Below are positions 1 to 8,621 of a stretch of 64,000 nucleotides of DNA, piece by piece (position 1 is the first letter of the stretch; each line of letters begins with the position of its first letter). The notes under the pieces were generated by a model that worked only from the letters and a program-made list of their open reading frames with translations, did not search any database and was not told the origin of the DNA. The DNA is taken from positions 1,325 to 65,324 of the IMG/VR virus record IMGVR_UViG_3300036798_000504; one strand, written 5' to 3'. The position numbers were made by a program, and so were the translations under genes. Origin of the DNA: a virus. Lineage: Duplodnaviria > Caudoviricetes.

Positions 1-1
1 C

Positions 2-205
2 TGCATCCAGCGGCTGAAGGCCGGCGAGTCGGAGGTGAACGCCTGGGCCCACAACCTGCAGACCAGCCTGCAGACCGACCTCGACAACGGATCGCTGACC
101 GAGGACGAGGCCACCGCGGTGGCCTCGGAGTACGGGGTGAAGGCCCCCAAGCCGACGCCGAAGCCCGAGCCGGCCGGGCCGACCGAGTCAGTGCCGGCCG
201 CCTAG
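2..205 (+). CDS. 3' end of a hypothetical protein (partial, runs off the window start)
   Basis: Open frame 2 with G/C-ending codons, CIQRLKAGESEVNAWAHNLQ...PTESVPAA, ending TAG 203-205, convergent with the primase gene. Confidence 0.6.
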   Translation, partial: CIQRLKAGESEVNAWAHNLQTSLQTDLDNGSLTEDEATAVASEYGVKAPKPTPKPEPAGPTESVPAA

Positions 206-207
206 GC

Positions 208-2370
208 TTACGTTGGGTCAATCCAGCGGCCGACGACGACGTACTTGCGCTCTTTGCGGTTGGCGTCGACCTGGGCGTCGATATCCAGGAGGCCGCTGCC
301 GAGCCACGTCTTCAGCAGGGTTTTCACCCGGGCCCGCTCGGCGGGGTCGTCGAGGTCGAGACCCAGCGCCTGGGCGACCGCGTGACCGGCCCAATCGGTG
401 GCGCGGATATCCTCGCGCCACGCGCGGCCGGGCTCGGCGATCAGCCGCTGCACGCGGAGCACGTCGGCCGCGGTCAGGCCGCTGAGCGCGTTCGGCCACG
501 ACCAGGGCGTGATGACGCCGACGTTGTCGCCGAGGCCTTCCTCGGGCGGCCCGTTCTCCAGGTCGACGCTGATGAACCGCATCCAGGCCGCCTTGCTGGC
601 CGGCGCGAGGTTGGCCTTGCCGTGGTCGATGCGGAAGTAGGCGAAGCGGTGGTCGACCACGACGCCCGACGCCCTGGCCTCGTCCTCGGTCATGCGGTTG
701 AGCAAGCGCACGACACGGGCCGCCGCCGGCAGGGCGCCGCCGCCGCGGCTGTCGTCGAGGGTGAGCGCCTCGCCGTTGGTCTTCCTCGGGTGGTGGACGA
801 TCTCGATGGCGATGTTGCAGACCTCGGCGACGTAGGCCCAGGCCTTGACCACGAGGTCGATGGCCATGTTGTCGTTCTCGGGCATCCGGTGGCTCGACAC
901 GAACGGGTCGACGATCAGTACGTCGAGGCCAAGCTCGCGGATGACGGCGATGAGGCCGTTGAGCACGCGGGTGTCGACGTAGGGCGAGCCGTTCGCCGTG
1001 AGCCCCAGGGTGATGCGCGCATCCCGACCGGAGCCGACGAAGAGCCAGCCCTCCAAGTCCTCGGCGGTCAGATGGTAGTGCTTGGCCACCGCCGCGGTGC
1101 GCAGTTCCAGTTCGTGCGCCGGGTCTTCGCCGTTCCAGTAGCCGACCTTGCGGCGCGCGCAGGCCTGCCCGAGGATCGGCTGGCCGCTGGCCATCGCGAT
1201 GGCCTCCTGCAGCGCCAGCATGCTCTTGCCGGTGCCGGGCGCGCCGATGGTGCAACTGACGTAGCCGCGGATGTAGTGGCGCCCGTAGAGCCACTGGCGG
1301 GTCGGTATGTCTTCCGGCCACTTCCAGATGTAGGGCTTCAGCAGCGGCGGCTCGGACGCGGGCTCGTTGTAACCTGTATCCCCCTCGGGGCTACCGTCGG
1401 CCTTGCCGCCCGCGATAGCGGTGAGGTGGTCGCGTGGTGGCCGCTCCGCTGCGGGGCGCTCACGCGCCTCCAGTTCGGCCACCCAGGCCGGGTCGGGCTC
1501 GGGGCTGCCGAGCCCGCGGTCGATGGCGCGGGTGACCTTGTAGACCGCGTCGGCGTAGGTCCACGGGAAGCCGGGATCGTAGTTCGGGCAGGTCAGCAGG
1601 GTGGCGATGATCGCCTGCTCGGCGTAGCTGCGCTCGACCCAGCCGCGGGCGACGAGACTGCCGGCCTTCAGCGCCGCGGCCCCGAGCATCATCTCCTGCT
1701 GGCCGTCCGGCGCGGATCGGAGCGCGCTGAGCTTGGCCTCCAGGATCGACAGCCCGTAGGCCTGCAGCCGATTGCGCGCCTGCGGCGGGGTCGGCTTGGC
1801 GACGGTGGGCTGCGGCCGCTCGGCCTGGGCGCGGATCAGGGCCAGCCACGCGGACGGCATCTCGGCGAGGTCGATTTCCCACGGGGCGCGCCTGGGTTCC
1901 CACGACCATGTGCGCACCTCGCCGGTATTGCGGTCGTGGAACTCCGAGCCGGGCCCGACCGATTGGCCGCCCTGGCCGCGCACGTCGAGCCCGGGCGCGA
2001 AGCGGCCGCGGTTGCGGATCGGCAGGCCGTCGGCCGGCCAGCGGAAGATGTCCTGGTGGTTGCCGCTCTGGGTGCGGATGCGCCATGTGACCGGGAGGGG
2101 GCCGAGTTCGAAGGTGAGGCCGGCGATGGTGAGGTCGCCGCCGTCGTCCACGTCGAGGGCGAAGGCGTTGGCGCCCGGCCCCCAGGCGATGCCGTAGTTG
2201 GCGCCCGACGCGCCGCCCAGTTCACGCTGGATGCGCTCGGGGTCGAGGGTGGCCTGGGCTTCGAAGGCCCCGGTGTGTTTCGGGCGTTTGTCGCCGTCGC
2301 GCAGGAAGATGATGGGCAGGCCGTATTGAGTGGCGAGGGTCTGGGCCATCTCGGCGCGCGCATCGGGCAT
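208..2370 (-). CDS. Bifunctional DNA primase/polymerase (Prim-Pol) fused to an AAA_25/RepA-like helicase
   Basis: N-terminal Prim-Pol motifs NYGIAWG, FALDVD, TQSGNHQDIF, LDVRGQGGQSVGPGS; C-terminal Walker A GAPGTGKS, Walker B VLIVDP, IVHHPRK. Start moved to MPDARAEM (2370), downstream of the 2394..2612 gene. Confidence 0.9.
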   Translation of the reverse strand: MPDARAEMAQTLATQYGLPIIFLRDGDKRPKHTGAFEAQATLDPERIQRELGGASGANYGIAWGPGANAFALDVDDGGDLTIAGLTFELGPLPVTWRIRTQSGNHQDIFRWPADGLPIRNRGRFAPGLDVRGQGGQSVGPGSEFHDRNTGEVRTWSWEPRRAPWEIDLAEMPSAWLALIRAQAERPQPTVAKPTPPQARNRLQAYGLSILEAKLSALRSAPDGQQEMMLGAAALKAGSLVARGWVERSYAEQAIIATLLTCPNYDPGFPWTYADAVYKVTRAIDRGLGSPEPDPAWVAELEARERPAAERPPRDHLTAIAGGKADGSPEGDTGYNEPASEPPLLKPYIWKWPEDIPTRQWLYGRHYIRGYVSCTIGAPGTGKSMLALQEAIAMASGQPILGQACARRKVGYWNGEDPAHELELRTAAVAKHYHLTAEDLEGWLFVGSGRDARITLGLTANGSPYVDTRVLNGLIAVIRELGLDVLIVDPFVSSHRMPENDNMAIDLVVKAWAYVAEVCNIAIEIVHHPRKTNGEALTLDDSRGGGALPAAARVVRLLNRMTEDEARASGVVVDHRFAYFRIDHGKANLAPASKAAWMRFISVDLENGPPEEGLGDNVGVITPWSWPNALSGLTAADVLRVQRLIAEPGRAWREDIRATDWAGHAVAQALGLDLDDPAERARVKTLLKTWLGSGLLDIDAQVDANRKERKYVVVGRWIDPT

Positions 2371-2393
2371 CGAGGCCTCGTGAGGGCTGGGGG

Positions 2394-2612
2394 TCAGGCG
2401 GCATCGGCTTGGTCGGCCTGGGCGCGCTCGACAGCCCGCATGCGCCGCTGGATGGCGACGTTGCGGAGCTTGGCGCGCTCGACGAGCATCGGGCGCATGA
2501 GGTGTTCGTGCATGGCGAGCGCCTCGTCGAGGTAGGCGAGCCTGACTCGCTCGGCCTCGTTGACGTGGTCGCGCCAGTGCAGCGGCACGACTTTCGGGTC
2601 GGTTGTGGCCAT
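2394..2612 (-). CDS. Hypothetical helical protein (72 aa)
   Basis: ORF-track ORF with an SD-like AGAGAGGGA upstream and G/C-ending codons. Confidence 0.7.
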   Translation of the reverse strand: MATTDPKVVPLHWRDHVNEAERVRLAYLDEALAMHEHLMRPMLVERAKLRNVAIQRRMRAVERAQADQADAA

Positions 2613-2739
2613 CGGATGAGTCCCTCTCTTCTGGCGTGTCTGCGAAAGGGTGAGGGTGCGCCCCCTGCTTCCGGCGAGTCAACGGGTGCGGCGCCCGATT
2701 CGGGTGGATGAGCCTTAAGGATTGTGGGGACGGTTGGCT

Positions 2740-2899
2740 TGCGCCAGTTGGTGGACCCCAGGCGCTCCAGTGTGACAGTTAAGGCCCCCCCTATAAGGGG
2801 GGGGGGCCTAACAGCCACCACACTGGCGCAGAGCGCGAAGAGCGCCTCTTACGCGACAGTGCGCCAGTCTGCGTCAGTCTGCACGGCGGGACTGGCGCA
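2740..2899. other. Putative replication origin: TGCGCCAGT iterons plus a GC clamp/TATAA hairpin
   Basis: TGCGCCAGT at 2740 and 2860, variant TGCGTCAGT at 2870, inverted ACTGGCGCA at 2822 and 2891; ggccccccc-tataa-ggggggggggcc at about 2783-2808. Non-coding and next to the primase-helicase operon. Confidence 0.55.
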
Positions 2900-2995
2900 A
2901 ACCTGGAGGCGAGAGTGGTGGGCTGCAACTGGGGATGCGGGTGGGTGGCGCCGGCTCTTGCGGACCTCGTCAACAATCGTCTTGATCGCACGCGC

Positions 2996-3613
2996 ATGAC
3001 CGTCTCAGCCGAACGCCGGGAGCAAATCCGCGACGCCGTCGTGGCCGGCCTGTCACGTGGCACGCCGCTGACGCTGGTGCTGGAGGCGCTCGGGTGTCCG
3101 GTGACCACGTTCAACGAGTGGCGGCAGAACCGGGAGGAAATCCGGGAGGCGACCGAGCAGGCGCGCGACCTCGGGTACGACTGGCTGGCGCACGAGTGCC
3201 TGGAGATCGCCGACGACGGCCGCAACGACTGGATGGAGCAGCACGACCGCGAGGGCGAGAGTGTCGGCTGGAAGGTCAACGGGGAGCACGTGTTGCGCTC
3301 CAAGCTGCGCATCGAGACAAGGCTGCGGCTGCTCGCCAAGTGGGACCCTCGACGCTACGGGGACTCGAAGCGCATCGAGGTCGACGCTCACGTGGAGCAC
3401 ACGACACGCCATGTCGTGGATAGCCGCAGCTTGACAGACGAGGGACGTGCGGCCCTTCGCCGGCTACTCGCCGAGGCCCAGGCGCAGGGCCTGCTGCCGG
3501 CGCCCGCAGATGATCCCACTGTGATAGACGTGGTCGAGGCCGAGTATCACGAGGTGATGGAAGAGATCGGCGAGGACGAGGCCGAGGACGACCTCGACGC
3601 GCCCGACGATTGA
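2996..3613 (+). CDS. terS: Terminase small subunit (Sf6 gp1/P22-like)
   Basis: HTH-like N-terminus, then QARDLGYDWLAHECLEIADD...RSKLRIETRLRLLAKWDPRRYGD, typical of Sf6-like TerS. Confidence 0.85.
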   Translation: MTVSAERREQIRDAVVAGLSRGTPLTLVLEALGCPVTTFNEWRQNREEIREATEQARDLGYDWLAHECLEIADDGRNDWMEQHDREGESVGWKVNGEHVLRSKLRIETRLRLLAKWDPRRYGDSKRIEVDAHVEHTTRHVVDSRSLTDEGRAALRRLLAEAQAQGLLPAPADDPTVIDVVEAEYHEVMEEIGEDEAEDDLDAPDD

Positions 3614-3645
3614 CCCGCCTGCGCGCCAGGGAGTATGCGCCGGGT

Positions 3646-3864
3646 ATGAGCAACCGCGACCACTCCGAGAAACAGTTCAACGTCCGCCTCACCGAGGTCG
3701 AGCGGCGCATCCTCGACATGGAACGCGAGCGCCTCGGCCTGCGCCACACCGGCGACGTGATCCGCCTGTGGATCGGCGCCGTCCGCGAGCGACGCCGCGC
3801 CATCGACCGCGAGACCGACGCCGAGCGCGTCACGACGACGCAGGACGAACTCGCCGAGGCGTGA
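3646..3864 (+). CDS. Small ribbon-helix-helix-like DNA-binding protein
   Basis: KQFNVRLTEVERRILDMERERLGLRHTGDVIRL: alternating beta-strand followed by two helices (RHH/MobC-like pattern). Confidence 0.55.
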   Translation: MSNRDHSEKQFNVRLTEVERRILDMERERLGLRHTGDVIRLWIGAVRERRRAIDRETDAERVTTTQDELAEA

Positions 3865-3879
3865 CATCCCAGCCACATG

Positions 3880-4100
3880 CGACACGCTGCCACTTGACGG
3901 AAAACGCTATGGAAAACAAAGACTTAGCGGACCACAACCCTCAAGGGTGCGACAGCACGCCGCACCCCCAGGGGGGCGGCGCTTTGACGCACCTTGACAG
4001 TGGGGGGGGAGGGGGGGAACCCCCCGCACAAACCCCGAACAAAAACCGCCAGTTACCCGAAAAAAATCCCAAAAATCCGGGTCCCCTTTCGGCCCCCCCG
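3880..4100. other. Homopolymer-rich segment, candidate packaging initiation or terminus region
   Basis: G8-A-G7 run near 4002-4017, C and A runs (gaaaaaaatcccaaaaatcc), IHF-like AAACAAAGACTTA at 3914-3926 (one mismatch to WATCAANNNNTTR); lies just downstream of terS. Confidence 0.35.
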
Positions 4101-4352
4101 CCGCAAATCCACGTCCTCGCCAGCTTCCACGACCAGGAGTCCCTGCTCGCCGCCATGCGCAGATCGATCTCCTGGATCAAGCTCGACGACGAAGCCGCCC
4201 ACCGCGCCCTGCTGCCGACCCTCACCCACCTGATGATCGACAACACCCTCAAGCGCCTCGACGACCTCGGCCACGCCGACCTCGTCACCTTCGTGCGCCA
4301 GTTGGTCGACAGGTACGAGTGGCTGATCGATCAGGCCAAGCCGGTCAGATGA
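3909..4352 (+). CDS. Hypothetical protein (start uncertain)
   Basis: 3' half has normal codon usage (HVLASFHDQ...DQAKPVR) and its stop overlaps the next ATG; the 5' part crosses the homopolymer region and may not be translated. Confidence 0.5.
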   Translation: MENKDLADHNPQGCDSTPHPQGGGALTHLDSGGGGGEPPAQTPNKNRQLPEKNPKNPGPLSAPPPQIHVLASFHDQESLLAAMRRSISWIKLDDEAAHRALLPTLTHLMIDNTLKRLDDLGHADLVTFVRQLVDRYEWLIDQAKPVR

Positions 4353-4654
4353 GCGGCCATCCCGCCGCCGCTCACCAGCGGGCGATCCAGGCGATCACCC
4401 GCGAGTACGAGGACCATCTCTCGCACGAGGACTGCGCTTTCATCGTGCATACCGTCGCCGCCGCCTTCAGAGAGCCCGACCAGCGCACCATCGAGATGTT
4501 CATCGAGGAACTCGACGACACCCCCGGCCAGCACAGCGATCCCAGCGCCGCCGAGGCCGACAGCGGCAGCCGCCACGCCACCCGCCGCCGGCTGGCGCTC
4601 ACCTACGCCTGGAGGCGGGCGATGGACCGGCTGGCCGAGCGCGGCCGCCCATGA
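4349..4654 (+). CDS. Hypothetical protein
   Basis: ATGA overlaps at both ends; G/C-ending codons. Confidence 0.75.
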   Translation: MSGHPAAAHQRAIQAITREYEDHLSHEDCAFIVHTVAAAFREPDQRTIEMFIEELDDTPGQHSDPSAAEADSGSRHATRRRLALTYAWRRAMDRLAERGRP

Positions 4655-4896
4655 AGTTCCGCGCGTCAGGCACGCTGAAGCCGCTGCGCAGCTTCAGGAC
4701 CCGCGCCGCCCTGAAGGCCCATCTCGCAGCGGAGTTCGCGCTCTGGCCGGACCTCGACGGGCTCGACCTCGACAAGCTGAGGACCGAGCCGCTCGGGGTC
4801 TTCGGCAGGCGCCGGCCGCCCGGCTGGGACGGCCCGGTGCATATCGTCCTGCTCGACGGCTACGGCGTGGTGGGCTTCACGGATCGGCCGCTGTGA
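4651..4896 (+). CDS. Hypothetical protein
   Basis: ATGA/GTGA coupled with neighbours. Confidence 0.75.
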   Translation: MKFRASGTLKPLRSFRTRAALKAHLAAEFALWPDLDGLDLDKLRTEPLGVFGRRRPPGWDGPVHIVLLDGYGVVGFTDRPL

Positions 4897-5291
4897 GCGA
4901 CCCGCCCCCAGACGCCACCCCACCCAAGCCCAAGCGCCAACCCGACCGGCCGGACTACCGCCGCCTGCGCAAGTTCCTGAAGGCCGGCGGCGTGCTGCAG
5001 CGGGAGATCATCGAGAGCCCGGGCCAGGATGAGCCGACCGAGCCGGCCGCCGAAACCGCCTCCCCCAGGCCCGGCTACCGCTACATCGTCTGGCATGCGG
5101 CGGCGCGCGACGGCCGCTCGTTCGACGCCGACACCTGCGAGTGGTTCAGGATGCTGCCCTACTTCAGCCTGGACGGGGCGGAGGGCTGGCTGGAGGAGTA
5201 TCCGGCCGGCATCTTCAAAAGAGTACCTGACATCCACCCGACGATGGGCGATGTTGCAGATCAGACGCCAGACGACGAAGAGGGACCATGA
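4893..5291 (+). CDS. Hypothetical protein
   Basis: GTG start overlapping the upstream stop; ends EEGP before the next ATG. Confidence 0.75.
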   Translation: MSDPPPDATPPKPKRQPDRPDYRRLRKFLKAGGVLQREIIESPGQDEPTEPAAETASPRPGYRYIVWHAAARDGRSFDADTCEWFRMLPYFSLDGAEGWLEEYPAGIFKRVPDIHPTMGDVADQTPDDEEGP

Positions 5292-5482
5292 GCCGTAAGC
5301 AGCGCGACGGGTGCGAGTTCTGCCTGGGGGCCAAAGGTGGTGTGCCCGGCAACGAGAACGTCTTCGCCGGCCATCTCGCCTGCGACTTCTGCACCATCCT
5401 GATCATGGACGTGCGGCGCGAGGCGGTGATGAAGGTCACCCAGGCCAGGGCGCGCAAGCACGAGGCCGAGGCGGGCGCATGA
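5288..5482 (+). CDS. Small zinc-finger-like protein
   Basis: CEFC...CDFC pairs; SD GAGGGA; ATGA coupled. Confidence 0.7.
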   Translation: MSRKQRDGCEFCLGAKGGVPGNENVFAGHLACDFCTILIMDVRREAVMKVTQARARKHEAEAGA

Positions 5483-6270
5483 GCGAGCGCATCATCACCG
5501 AGAAGGGAACCCACCACATCCTGGTGACGCTGACCTCCGACGAACTGCGGCTGGCCTTCGACATCGCGCTGGCGCGGCAGGGCATGAACCTCTCCAGGGG
5601 CGCCAAGCACTACATCGAGCGCACCCAGGCCGGGCTCTGGCAGCACACCAAGGGCGCGGTCGGCGAGATCGCCGCGTCCCTCTACTTCGACCGGCCGCTC
5701 TTGGCGCTGGAGAGCCTCGGCGACTACGACGCCCCCGACGTGTTCCCCAACATCGGCGTGCGCTGCACCGGCCGCATGGGCAATCCGATCAACCTCTACG
5801 ACAAGAAGGACGATCCGCAGCACCCGTTCGTGCAGGCGGTCTGGGACACCGACCGCAACGTCATCCGGGTCACCCTCACCGGCTGGGCGTTCAAGAAGGA
5901 CGTGGCGCGGGAGGCCTACTGGGACCCCACCGACTCGAACTGGAAGGTCCCGCTGGCGGAACTGCGGCCGATGGCCGAACTCGCCGCCATCGCCGCCGAG
6001 GCCCGGGCGCTCGAAAGCCTCGACCGGGTGGCCAAGTACAAGCAGGTGGTCGCCGAGCGCGAGCGCGGCGAGCGGGCCGCGCGCCCGCCCAGCCCCCCTA
6101 TAGGGGGGCTGGCCACCCCGGTCGCAACGCATGCGCCGGCCGTTTCCACCCCTGCCGCCGACCGAGCCCTGAACGAAGCTGCGGCGACTGCCTCCGCGCC
6201 TGGAACGGCGACGGAAGCTGGCGCGCCGCCTACCACCGACGATACCTCGCTGCTGGAGCGTGACTTCTGA
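5479..6270 (+). CDS. Putative PD-(D/E)xK-fold nuclease-like protein
   Basis: GAVGEIAA...APDV...IGVRCT pattern resembles restriction-endonuclease-like cores; low-complexity C-terminal tail. Confidence 0.5.
   Translation: MSERIITEKGTHHILVTLTSDELRLAFDIALARQGMNLSRGAKHYIERTQAGLWQHTKGAVGEIAASLYFDRPLLALESLGDYDAPDVFPNIGVRCTGRMGNPINLYDKKDDPQHPFVQAVWDTDRNVIRVTLTGWAFKKDVAREAYWDPTDSNWKVPLAELRPMAELAAIAAEARALESLDRVAKYKQVVAERERGERAARPPSPPIGGLATPVATHAPAVSTPAADRALNEAAATASAPGTATEAGAPPTTDDTSLLERDF
6089..6112. repeat. Perfect 24-bp palindrome CCAGCCCCCCTATAGGGGGGCTGG
   Basis: Directly visible; its core resembles the hairpin at 2783-2808. Confidence 0.9.
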
Positions 6271-6554
6271 TGGCCACCGAGCCCGAGAGCCCTGCGCTGC
6301 GCACCATGATCGCGGCCGATCAGGCTGCGTCCAGGCTGAACCCCGGCCTGTTCAAGGCCTTCCTGGGCTGGGCGGCCGACCGGCAGGCGCAGTACGAGCG
6401 CGAGCGCCGCGCGTGGCGGGCCGCGCACCCGCTCGTCGATGTCGGCGCGCTGGAGGCCCAGTACGGCGTCCAGGCGGACATCCTCACCACCGACCAGTTG
6501 CGCGCCAGCGCCCCGACCCTGCTGATCGGGCCGGAAGCCGAAGAGGGACCATGA
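6270..6554 (+). CDS. Hypothetical protein
   Basis: TGATG overlap with the upstream gene; ends EEGP. Confidence 0.75.
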   Translation: MATEPESPALRTMIAADQAASRLNPGLFKAFLGWAADRQAQYERERRAWRAAHPLVDVGALEAQYGVQADILTTDQLRASAPTLLIGPEAEEGP

Positions 6555-6913
6555 GCGAGACTGCCGAACCCAGGCCGACCCCCACCCACGTCGTCGAGGT
6601 CTACCTCGCCGACACGAATACGCTGATCGGCGTCGCGCGCACCGACCGCTTCTTCTTCGGCGCCGAGGCCGTCGCCACCATCGCCTACCACGAACTGTCG
6701 GGCTACCTGAACGCCGCCCCGGAGAAGAACAACGACCTGCCGCTGACCATCGAGGTCGACGACCTCTACGGCTCGGGCCGGCTGGTCCCGCGCGACCTGC
6801 GCGGCGTGCGGCTCTTCGACATCGAGGCGCTCGACGACTGGGAGTTCGCCCGGCAGGCGAAGAAGTCGGACGCCAAGCGGCGCGCCGCCAAGGCCGCGGA
6901 GGCCGGCCTGTGA
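6551..6913 (+). CDS. Hypothetical protein
   Basis: SD GAGGGA, ATG at 6551, coupled with both neighbours. Confidence 0.75.
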   Translation: MSETAEPRPTPTHVVEVYLADTNTLIGVARTDRFFFGAEAVATIAYHELSGYLNAAPEKNNDLPLTIEVDDLYGSGRLVPRDLRGVRLFDIEALDDWEFARQAKKSDAKRRAAKAAEAGL

Positions 6914-7254
6914 GCGACGACGCGCGCAACCCCACCGAGGACGAAGCCACCCGCATGCTGGAAGCGGCGCAAGCGGTGGTGAGCGTGATCACCGACAAGG
7001 CCAAGGCGATCACCCCCGACAGCGTGATGACCGCCACGCTGGTGATCATCGAGACCGCGCACGCCTCCATCCTCGCCGCCGCGGTGCTGGCCCAGTACGG
7101 GCCGGCCGCGGAAGCCGAACTGGAGGGGACGCTGGCCATCGCCAGGAACCACCTGCGCCACTTCGCCAGCGTGTTCGTGGAGGGCGGTCTGCGCGCCATC
7201 GCGAGCGGCGAGATGCCCGCCGACCTGATCCCCGAGGAGGCGCCACGGCCATGA
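6910..7254 (+). CDS. Hypothetical protein
   Basis: GTGA/ATGA overlaps; G/C-ending codons. Confidence 0.75.
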   Translation: MSDDARNPTEDEATRMLEAAQAVVSVITDKAKAITPDSVMTATLVIIETAHASILAAAVLAQYGPAAEAELEGTLAIARNHLRHFASVFVEGGLRAIASGEMPADLIPEEAPRP

Positions 7255-7523
7255 GCAACGTCTTCGATGGCCCGCCGGACCGTCGGCAGTCGTCCGATCC
7301 CAACCTGCCGACCAGCCGCTTTAGGCCGCGCTACCGGGCGCTCACCGACGCCGAACTGGCGCTGCACGACGAGATCAAGGACGCCGCCGCGGCGCTGGAG
7401 CGGGTGATCGACCGCACCCTCCCCGACGACTTCGTGCCGGTTGGCTCGGCGCGCTACCACGCGCTGGCGATCACCGCCTTGGAGCAGGCGGTGGTGTGGG
7501 CGATCAAGGGCCTCACCGCATGA
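7251..7523 (+). CDS. Acb2/Tad1-like cyclic-nucleotide sponge (anti-defence) candidate
   Basis: RYRALTDAELALHDEIK resembles the Acb2 YRxLS/T-x-E motif; RYHALAITALEQAVVWAIK resembles the shared Acb2/Tad1 helical hairpin (from memory of the families). Confidence 0.65.
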   Translation: MSNVFDGPPDRRQSSDPNLPTSRFRPRYRALTDAELALHDEIKDAAAALERVIDRTLPDDFVPVGSARYHALAITALEQAVVWAIKGLTA

Positions 7524-7849
7524 CGACCGACCTCGGCAAGGGCGACGTGGTGGTGGCGGTCCACGCCATGAGCGTCAACGGCCGCTGGACGCCGCACGGC
7601 GGCGCCTACCACATCGCGGCCGGCGACCGCGCCATCGTCGAGGAGGTCACCGACTGCCGCGGCGTCTGCACCGAGTGCGGCTGCAAGCCCGGCCTCATCG
7701 GCCTCAAGCTGGTCGAGTACCCGCTGAAGCGCCACGTGCGCTGGTGCCCCTGCGAGTGGAAGAAGCTCGGGCCCGGGCAGGAAGAGACGGTGGCCAAGTT
7801 CGCGCACCATCTCACCCCCGCGCGCTCGCGGGTGAAGGCGGACGCATGA
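7520..7849 (+). CDS. Hypothetical Cys-rich protein
   Basis: ATGA coupled; CTEC and WCPC motifs. Confidence 0.75.
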   Translation: MTTDLGKGDVVVAVHAMSVNGRWTPHGGAYHIAAGDRAIVEEVTDCRGVCTECGCKPGLIGLKLVEYPLKRHVRWCPCEWKKLGPGQEETVAKFAHHLTPARSRVKADA

Positions 7850-8154
7850 AACCGGCCACCCTGGCGCAGGCGCGCGCGTCCTACCGCAAGCAGGCCCGCT
7901 TCAACTACATCTGCCGGGCCATCGTCGCCGAGGAGATGCAGGTGGCCAGCGCGGCGCTCGACGAGTGCGAGCGCGACCCCTACCGGCTGCGCGAAGTCGT
8001 CGACTACCTCGCCACCAGCGTCGCCGCCCGGGTGCTGCAGACCGTCTACGACAACGACGAGGAGATCAGCCAGTGGAAGGCGCAGGTCGAGCGGCTGACC
8101 GAACTGGCCAGCGAGAGCCTCAACCTGAAGCCGACGCCGGTGGTGAAGCCATGA
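7846..8154 (+). CDS. Hypothetical protein
   Basis: ATGA coupled; G/C-ending codons. Confidence 0.75.
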   Translation: MKPATLAQARASYRKQARFNYICRAIVAEEMQVASAALDECERDPYRLREVVDYLATSVAARVLQTVYDNDEEISQWKAQVERLTELASESLNLKPTPVVKP

Positions 8155-8621
8155 CCGAGCCGCACGACGATGGTGGGCCCATCGAGGCGCCGCCGCGCAT
8201 GCTGTCGGCGCCCTGGACCGACACCCAGGTGCGCGCCATCCAGGCGTGGCAGGCGGCCGGCACGGTGCATCCGCTGACCTGCGCCACCTCCGAGCACGGC
8301 CCGCTGGAGGTGCATGCGGACGAGCTTTGGTGCCGCTCCTGCAGCTACAAGCAGACCTGGGTCCCGGCTGTCTGCGCCGAGAACTTCCCCAGCGACTTCG
8401 CGCCGCCGCTGGCGGTGCTGGCGCAGCAGAAGATCGCCGCGCGGGTGGCGGCGCTGGTGATCGCCATCCGGCTGATGGAGATGCACCTGGAACTCGCCAC
8501 CCCCGGCGGCGCCGGGCGCGACTCCATCGCCTGGACGGTGGCGATAGGGCGGGTGGACGTGCTGCGCGAGATGCTGGAGGAACTGCAGGCGCTGCAGCCG
8601 GCGCAGCCCTCGGTAGACTAA
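8151..8621 (+). CDS. Hypothetical protein with HPLTC...CRSC motif
   Basis: ATGA coupled; the last 15 nt overlap the tRNA 5' end. Confidence 0.75.
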   Translation: MTEPHDDGGPIEAPPRMLSAPWTDTQVRAIQAWQAAGTVHPLTCATSEHGPLEVHADELWCRSCSYKQTWVPAVCAENFPSDFAPPLAVLAQQKIAARVAALVIAIRLMEMHLELATPGGAGRDSIAWTVAIGRVDVLREMLEELQALQPAQPSVD

